Origin: Candidatus Parcubacteria bacterium
GTDB lineage: Bacteria; Patescibacteriota; Minisyncoccia; Phycocordibacterales; JAKFXT01
Direction: 5' to 3'
Length of the DNA stretch: 64,000 nucleotides
Assembly (NCBI GenBank): GCA_021414235.1
Contig: JAIOOV010000004.1
Span: forward strand, 409,591-473,590
Both the position numbers and the translations under genes were made by a program. Below, piece after piece: positions 59,012-64,000 of the stretch (the first letter of the stretch is position 1; each line of letters starts with the position of its first letter). Below the pieces are notes generated by a model, which worked only from the letters and a program-made list of their open reading frames with translations, was not told the origin of the DNA and searched no databases.

Positions 59012-59581
59012 ATGACCATGGATCGCATCGTCTTCCGCACAGGTAAGAAGACCCTTCTTGTCCTCCCAGAAGAGAAGGATGAACGGCAGTTCGCCTGTTG
59101 GATCAACGACTACGATACCGCGCAGTTCCTGGGAGTCCCGCGCTCGATGAGCCTCGTGCAGGAACACGAATTCTTGACTCGTATCCTGAAGAACCGCGAC
59201 AAGGAAGAAGTCTTCTGCCTCGCACTTCATTCCGGCGAGATCATAGGAATGATGGGGCTGCATAACATCAATCTCATCAACCGGACAGCAGTCACCGGAG
59301 CCTACATCGGCAATCCAAAGTACCGGAGCGGTGGCTATGGCTCTGACGCCAAGATGCAACTCCTCTACTACGCCTTCGTCGAACTCGGGCTCCGTAAAGT
59401 GAATTCCTCCGCTCTCGGAACAAACAAACGAAGCATCGCCTACCTCGAAAAGACTGGTTACAAGGTCTGGGGCGTAAACAAGAAGGAGTGCTTCCGCGGC
59501 GGGAAGATCGTGGACCAAGTCCATCTCGCCGTTACCAAAGAAGACTTCATGCCTCTCTGGCGGGGATATTCCCGCTCCTAA
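59012..59581 (+). CDS. GNAT N-acetyltransferase, RimJ/RimL family
   Basis: IGNPKYRSGGYGSDA..YAFVELGLRKV..NKRSIAYLEKTGY; SD GAGAGG. Confidence 0.9.
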   Translation: MTMDRIVFRTGKKTLLVLPEEKDERQFACWINDYDTAQFLGVPRSMSLVQEHEFLTRILKNRDKEEVFCLALHSGEIIGMMGLHNINLINRTAVTGAYIGNPKYRSGGYGSDAKMQLLYYAFVELGLRKVNSSALGTNKRSIAYLEKTGYKVWGVNKKECFRGGKIVDQVHLAVTKEDFMPLWRGYSRS

Positions 59582-59585
59582 AAGC

Positions 59586-59622
59586 AAAATACCCTCTCGC
59601 CACTAGCGAGAGGGTATTTTTT
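59586..59622. terminator. bidirectional terminator
   Basis: AAAATACCCTCTCGC/GCGAGAGGGTATTTT between convergent genes. Confidence 0.85.
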
Positions 59623-59623
59623 A

Positions 59624-60877
59624 TTAGTAATTCCTCAACCTATTCGACTTCTGGTGCTCCCGTATCTTGCTATGCGCTTTGGCCTCGATCTGGCGGATAC
59701 GCTCGCGGGTAACGCCGAATTCCTTACCTACTTCTTCAAGCGTATGGGTGATGCCATCAAGTAATCCGTTTCTCATTTCCAAAATCTTGCGTTCCTTCGG
59801 CGAGAGATCGTCCAGGATTTCCTTCACCTGATCGGCCAGGATGCGCTGGGAGGTCTCCTGATCCGGCGAGAGGATCTTGTCGTCTGCAATGAAGTCGCCG
59901 AGCACGGACTGACCCGCGTCTCCACTCTCTTCACCTACCGGCGTCTCGAGAGAAACCGTCTCCTGGTTGATCTGTTCAATGTTGTAAATCTTCTCCACTT
60001 CCACACCCATCTCAGTAGCAATCTCATCCGGCAGCGGATCACGCCCAAGGTCCTGAGAGAGGCGGCGTACCACCTGCTTGTACTTGGCGATGGTCTCCAC
60101 CATGTGCACCGGGATACGAATAGTGCGAGACTGGTCGGCCAAAGCGCGAGTGATGGCCTGGCGGATCCACCAGGTGGCGTAGGTAGAGAATTTGAAGCCC
60201 TTGGAGTAGTCGAACTTATCTACCGCCTTGAAGAGGCCGAGGTTACCTTCCTGGATTAGGTCGAGGAGGGTGAGGTCCGGAGAGCGACCTACGTACTTCT
60301 TGGCGATGGAAACCACGAGACGGAGGTTGGCGCGAGCCAGGAGGTTCTTGGCCTCGATATCCCCTTCCACGATACGCTTGGCGAGCGCACGCTCTTCCGC
60401 AGCAGAGAGGAGCGGGTACTGACCGATCTCCTTGAGATACATCTGGATGGAGTCATATGCTCCGCCAACACGGCCTTCTCCATAGGAATATTTCTTGTTC
60501 TCCGGCTCCACTTCAATGTTGAGCATGCCGCCGCCCTCGAGCACGTCGATACTCGCTGCACTGAATTTCTCATACAGCTCATCGAGGAACATGAGATCTT
60601 CTTCGACGTTCGGGAACTCGCGCAAGATTTCGTCGTAGGTGACGAAGCCGCGCGCGCGACCCTTGGCGATGAGACGATCCGCGCGAAGCGAAGACTCGCG
60701 CTCCTTGCGGGAAGCCTTGGCAGACTTCGGAGCAGCAGATTTCTTGCTGGCCTTAGGCTTGGCAAGCTTCTTGAGATTCTTGGCCTTGAGCTTGGCGAAG
60801 GCTGCACGTGCCTGAGCTTTCTTGTCGGGCTTTGCACGGGTGACTTTCTTAGCGGAAGTTTTCTTGGTTTTTTTCAT
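59624..60877 (-). CDS. rpoD: primary sigma factor RpoD with Lys/Ala-rich N-terminus
   Basis: [38 protein letters not shown] and TRERIRQIE motifs. Confidence 0.96.
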   Translation of the reverse strand: MKKTKKTSAKKVTRAKPDKKAQARAAFAKLKAKNLKKLAKPKASKKSAAPKSAKASRKERESSLRADRLIAKGRARGFVTYDEILREFPNVEEDLMFLDELYEKFSAASIDVLEGGGMLNIEVEPENKKYSYGEGRVGGAYDSIQMYLKEIGQYPLLSAAEERALAKRIVEGDIEAKNLLARANLRLVVSIAKKYVGRSPDLTLLDLIQEGNLGLFKAVDKFDYSKGFKFSTYATWWIRQAITRALADQSRTIRIPVHMVETIAKYKQVVRRLSQDLGRDPLPDEIATEMGVEVEKIYNIEQINQETVSLETPVGEESGDAGQSVLGDFIADDKILSPDQETSQRILADQVKEILDDLSPKERKILEMRNGLLDGITHTLEEVGKEFGVTRERIRQIEAKAHSKIREHQKSNRLRNY

Positions 60878-60890
60878 ATGCAAATGATGA

Positions 60891-62609
60891 TTAGGACTGC
60901 ATTCGGGCGTCTATCTCCGAGAGTCTCCTCGCGGCATTCCGGCTCTCCTCAAGGAGCGTCGCGGTCCGCTCTGTGCTTCCGGCGCGTTCAGATTCAGTAA
61001 GGTTAAAACGAAGAATGTCTATTGCTTGGCGCAATGACTCGCGCTCTAAACGAAGAAGCAGGTCGTTTATTACCTGCGGCAGATCAGCCACTTGAGCATA
61101 GAGCAATTCCGCCTGAAAAACAAGCTTATTCCTCAGATTCTCGTCCTCTCCGAGGCTAGCTGCTTCCGGCGCAAGCGCTAAGAGCCGTCTCTTCAAGTCC
61201 ATCGCTTCCTCTACCCTTCCCTGGCTCCCCTCAAGCCACCAGAGGATGCTGCAGAGCGTGTGGAGCAGTACCTCCTTGTGCGGACGGAGTGCTTCTTCTG
61301 CACGCGCTACCGCAGGCGCTAATGCAGAAGGCTGCGCGCGGAAACTCTCCACTTCCTGTCGCACCGCATCCTCCGGCAGATGCACCGCCTGGGCTACGCG
61401 CGCAGTGAAGTGCGCGCGATCCATGGGCTTTGCGATGAGGGCGACGTATGGCAGCACGGTGGCAGAGACAGCAAGGCGTCGCTTACGCTCGTCCTTCTCT
61501 TTGTCGAGCACGATCTTGAGATAGTAATCGACGATATGCACGGCGCTCTTGACCGCTTCCTTCCAGAGTTCGGGATCGGCTTGGATGAGATCCGCCGGGT
61601 CCTTACCCTGAGAGAGGAGCGCTACCTTCACATCAAGTCCGCGGCGAAGCGCGAGTGTTGCAGAGCGTCCCGCCGCAGCGATCCCTGCCTTGTCGGTATC
61701 AAGTGCGAGCACCAAGCGATCCGTGAGACGCAAGAGCTGATCCACGTGCTCGTCAGTAAGCGCAGTACCAGAGAGCGCCACCGCATTCCGGTAGCCTGCC
61801 TGGTGCGACATGACCAGATCCATCTGACCTTCCACCAATATGGCGAAGCTCCATTTGCGAATCGCCTCTTTGGCCTTGTCGAAGCCATAGAGCACTTTCG
61901 ATTTGGAGAAGAGCGGTGTCTCCGGGGAGTTAATGTACTTCGCCGGCTCTTCCTTCCCCTGCGGGATATCGAAGACGCGTCCGGAGAATGCGATCACCCG
62001 CCCGGACGTATCCATGAGCGGAAACATGATGCGTCCGCGGAAGCGGTCATACACCCGATCTCCTCCCTCAGTCGCACGCTTAGCAAGCCCTGCTTTCTCG
62101 ATGAGCGCCTCGGGGAAGCCCTTGCGAACAAGGTGCTCAGTGAGAGAACGCCACTCCGGCAGCGCATAGCCGATACGGAAAGAATCGAGTGTCGCCTCCG
62201 TGAGCCCGCGCTTCATGATGTACTCTCGCGGCGCAGGATGCGCCGCGAGATTCGCCTTGAAGTAACTCGCAGCCTCTTCCATCACCCGGAAGAGCTCCTC
62301 CCTCTCATCACGCTCCTTGGGGTCCTCCCGCACCAGCTCGATGCCCGCTTTCTCCGCGAGCATCTTGAGCGCCCCCCTGAAGTCCACACCTTCGTAGCGC
62401 TCCACGAAGGTGAAGATATCTCCCTTCGCTTCACAGCCGAAGCAGTAGAAGCTGTTGCGCGTCGGAGACACGTAGAAGGATGGTGTCTTCTCGTTGTGGA
62501 AGGGGCAGCGTGCACGGAAACTGCCTCCCGCTTTTTCAAGCTTGATGTAGGAGCTCACCACCTCGGCGATGCTCAACCTCTCTTTGATGAGTTCAGCGTT
62601 GCTGCGCAT
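60891..62609 (-). CDS. dnaG: DNA primase
   Basis: [11 protein letters not shown] Zn finger, [14 protein letters not shown] and DTDKAG motifs. Confidence 0.97.
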   Translation of the reverse strand: MRSNAELIKERLSIAEVVSSYIKLEKAGGSFRARCPFHNEKTPSFYVSPTRNSFYCFGCEAKGDIFTFVERYEGVDFRGALKMLAEKAGIELVREDPKERDEREELFRVMEEAASYFKANLAAHPAPREYIMKRGLTEATLDSFRIGYALPEWRSLTEHLVRKGFPEALIEKAGLAKRATEGGDRVYDRFRGRIMFPLMDTSGRVIAFSGRVFDIPQGKEEPAKYINSPETPLFSKSKVLYGFDKAKEAIRKWSFAILVEGQMDLVMSHQAGYRNAVALSGTALTDEHVDQLLRLTDRLVLALDTDKAGIAAAGRSATLALRRGLDVKVALLSQGKDPADLIQADPELWKEAVKSAVHIVDYYLKIVLDKEKDERKRRLAVSATVLPYVALIAKPMDRAHFTARVAQAVHLPEDAVRQEVESFRAQPSALAPAVARAEEALRPHKEVLLHTLCSILWWLEGSQGRVEEAMDLKRRLLALAPEAASLGEDENLRNKLVFQAELLYAQVADLPQVINDLLLRLERESLRQAIDILRFNLTESERAGSTERTATLLEESRNAARRLSEIDARMQS

Positions 62610-62634
62610 GGCAGGGGTCTACCCCCGATTAGCT

Positions 62635-64000
62635 CTAACGCGATGCCTCGTCGGCTACCTTCTCGATCATTTTCTGCTTGGGAGATCCGCGGAATCCGGT
62701 ACCGGCGGGGATGAGGCGTCCGATGATGACATTTTCCTTGAGTCCTATGAGGTCGTCCTGCGCTCCACGTACGGCGGCGGAGATGAGGATCTTAGTGGTG
62801 TGCTGGAAGGAAGCGGCAGAGAGGAAGCTCTTACGAGAGAGGGAGACTTCCTGGATACCCATAGCGAGCGTGTTAGCCTCGGCCTTCTCGCCTCCGGCAG
62901 CTTCTGCACGCGCATTCTCGCGATCGAAGTGATACGTATCCGTAATCTCGTTGACCGAGAAGGAGGTATCGCCCTTCTTAACGACACGGCGGCGGGAGAA
63001 CATCTGGCGGATGATAACCTCGATGTGCTTGCGGGAGATGGAGGCACCCTGAAGCTCGTAGATCTTGGAGATCTCGTGGATGATGTAGTTCTCCGTCTTC
63101 TCCTTGCCCGCGTACTGGAAGAGCTCTTCGATGTCAGCGGAGCCGTCGGTGAGGAGCTGTCCTTTGACGATCTTCTCGCCTACGGAGACGAGCGGCGTGC
63201 GTCTGAAATGCACGGTGTACTCGATGGCTTCCTTGGCCTTCTTGCCCTTGCGGTCCTCCAGGTCAGGCATGACTACGAGGATCTTCTCCTTGCCGTCGTT
63301 CTTGATCTCCATGATTTCGCCGTTTACACGGGAGATGACTGCCGGGTTCTTGGGGAGGCGGCGCTCGAAGACTTCTTCGACGCGCGGCAGACCCTGAGTG
63401 ATGTCGCCGCCGACGGATGCGGTTCCTCCTGCATGGAAGGTACGCATGGTGAGCTGAGTGCCCGGCTCGCCGATGGCCTGAGCGGCCACGGTACCTACGG
63501 CTTCACCGATGGCGATCGGCTGGTTGTTACCGAGGTCTGCGCCATAGCACTTCTGACAGATGCCGGTAGGCGTTGCACAGGTGAGCGGAGAGCGCACCAT
63601 CACTTCAGCCACTCCTGCAGCCTCTACAGATTCTGCATCCTTGTGAGTGAGGAAGTGTCCGCGCTTGAAGAGAGTCTCACCGGAAGCATTCACGATGTCG
63701 GAGGCGAGATAGCGTCCGCGGATACCTTTGGCGAGCGAGATCTCGATACCAGAGGCGCTCTTCTTGGTGATGAGGGTGCCGAGCTTAGTACCACAGTCTT
63801 CCTCAGAGACAACCACGTCCTGAGCCACATCGAAGAGACGACGGGTGAGGTAGCCGGCGCGGGAAGTGTTGAGCGCGGTGTCGGAGAGACCCTTACGTGC
63901 ACCGTGAGTGGAGATGAAGTACTCGATCGGAGTGAGGCCTTCCTTAGCGGAAGAGAGAATCGGGAATTCCATGGTCTCGCCGGCAGTGTTCTGGATGAGA
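62635..64000 (-). CDS. rpoC: RNA polymerase beta' subunit (C-terminal part; runs off the window)
   Basis: [33 protein letters not shown] and [16 protein letters not shown] motifs. Confidence 0.97.
   Translation of the reverse strand, partial: LIQNTAGETMEFPILSSAKEGLTPIEYFISTHGARKGLSDTALNTSRAGYLTRRLFDVAQDVVVSEEDCGTKLGTLITKKSASGIEISLAKGIRGRYLASDIVNASGETLFKRGHFLTHKDAESVEAAGVAEVMVRSPLTCATPTGICQKCYGADLGNNQPIAIGEAVGTVAAQAIGEPGTQLTMRTFHAGGTASVGGDITQGLPRVEEVFERRLPKNPAVISRVNGEIMEIKNDGKEKILVVMPDLEDRKGKKAKEAIEYTVHFRRTPLVSVGEKIVKGQLLTDGSADIEELFQYAGKEKTENYIIHEISKIYELQGASISRKHIEVIIRQMFSRRRVVKKGDTSFSVNEITDTYHFDRENARAEAAGGEKAEANTLAMGIQEVSLSRKSFLSAASFQHTTKILISAAVRGAQDDLIGLKENVIIGRLIPAGTGFRGSPKQKMIEKVADEASR

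Overview
Chromosomal segment of a reduced-genome bacterium, most likely Patescibacteria/CPR (Parcubacteria-like). This is inferred from a shortened AlaRS and UvrC, short ATP synthase delta/epsilon subunits, a sigma70-r4/HARE-HTH protein, and rpoC-dnaG-rpoD adjacency. TGA is used as a stop, so the standard code 11 applies. Most core genes are on the minus strand: rpoC (partial), dnaG, rpoD, UvrD-nuclease, typA, tgt, uvrB/uvrA/mutM/uvrC, ddl, atpBEFHAGDC, ychF, leuS, mltG, mnmA, a repair operon, pepF and alaS. There are also four tRNAs and an RND efflux pair. About a dozen orphan genes are interleaved, most with their own promoter, SD and terminator. I found no CRISPR array, integrase, transposase or reverse transcriptase. 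The most interesting signals are non-coding: (1) a leaderless 33-codon uORF that folds into a branched RNA and is followed by a terminator ahead of a RimJ/RimL-type acetyltransferase (candidate attenuator or riboswitch); (2) two promoter- and terminator-bounded, ORF-less structured RNAs (~210 nt at 41.5 kb, ~100 nt at 8.9 kb); (3) a tRNA-Pro whose leader and trailer extend the acceptor stem by 15 bp, bury the CCA and sit 27 nt before atpB. Protein oddities include a stand-alone RNAP alpha-CTD with a His/Cys motif, a LeuRS with an inserted Nudix domain, an AT-rich HEPN-like gene coupled to alaS, a UvrA lacking its insertion domain, and a 7-blade RCC1 protein. All family calls come from reading motifs by eye; no database searches or folding programs were run.
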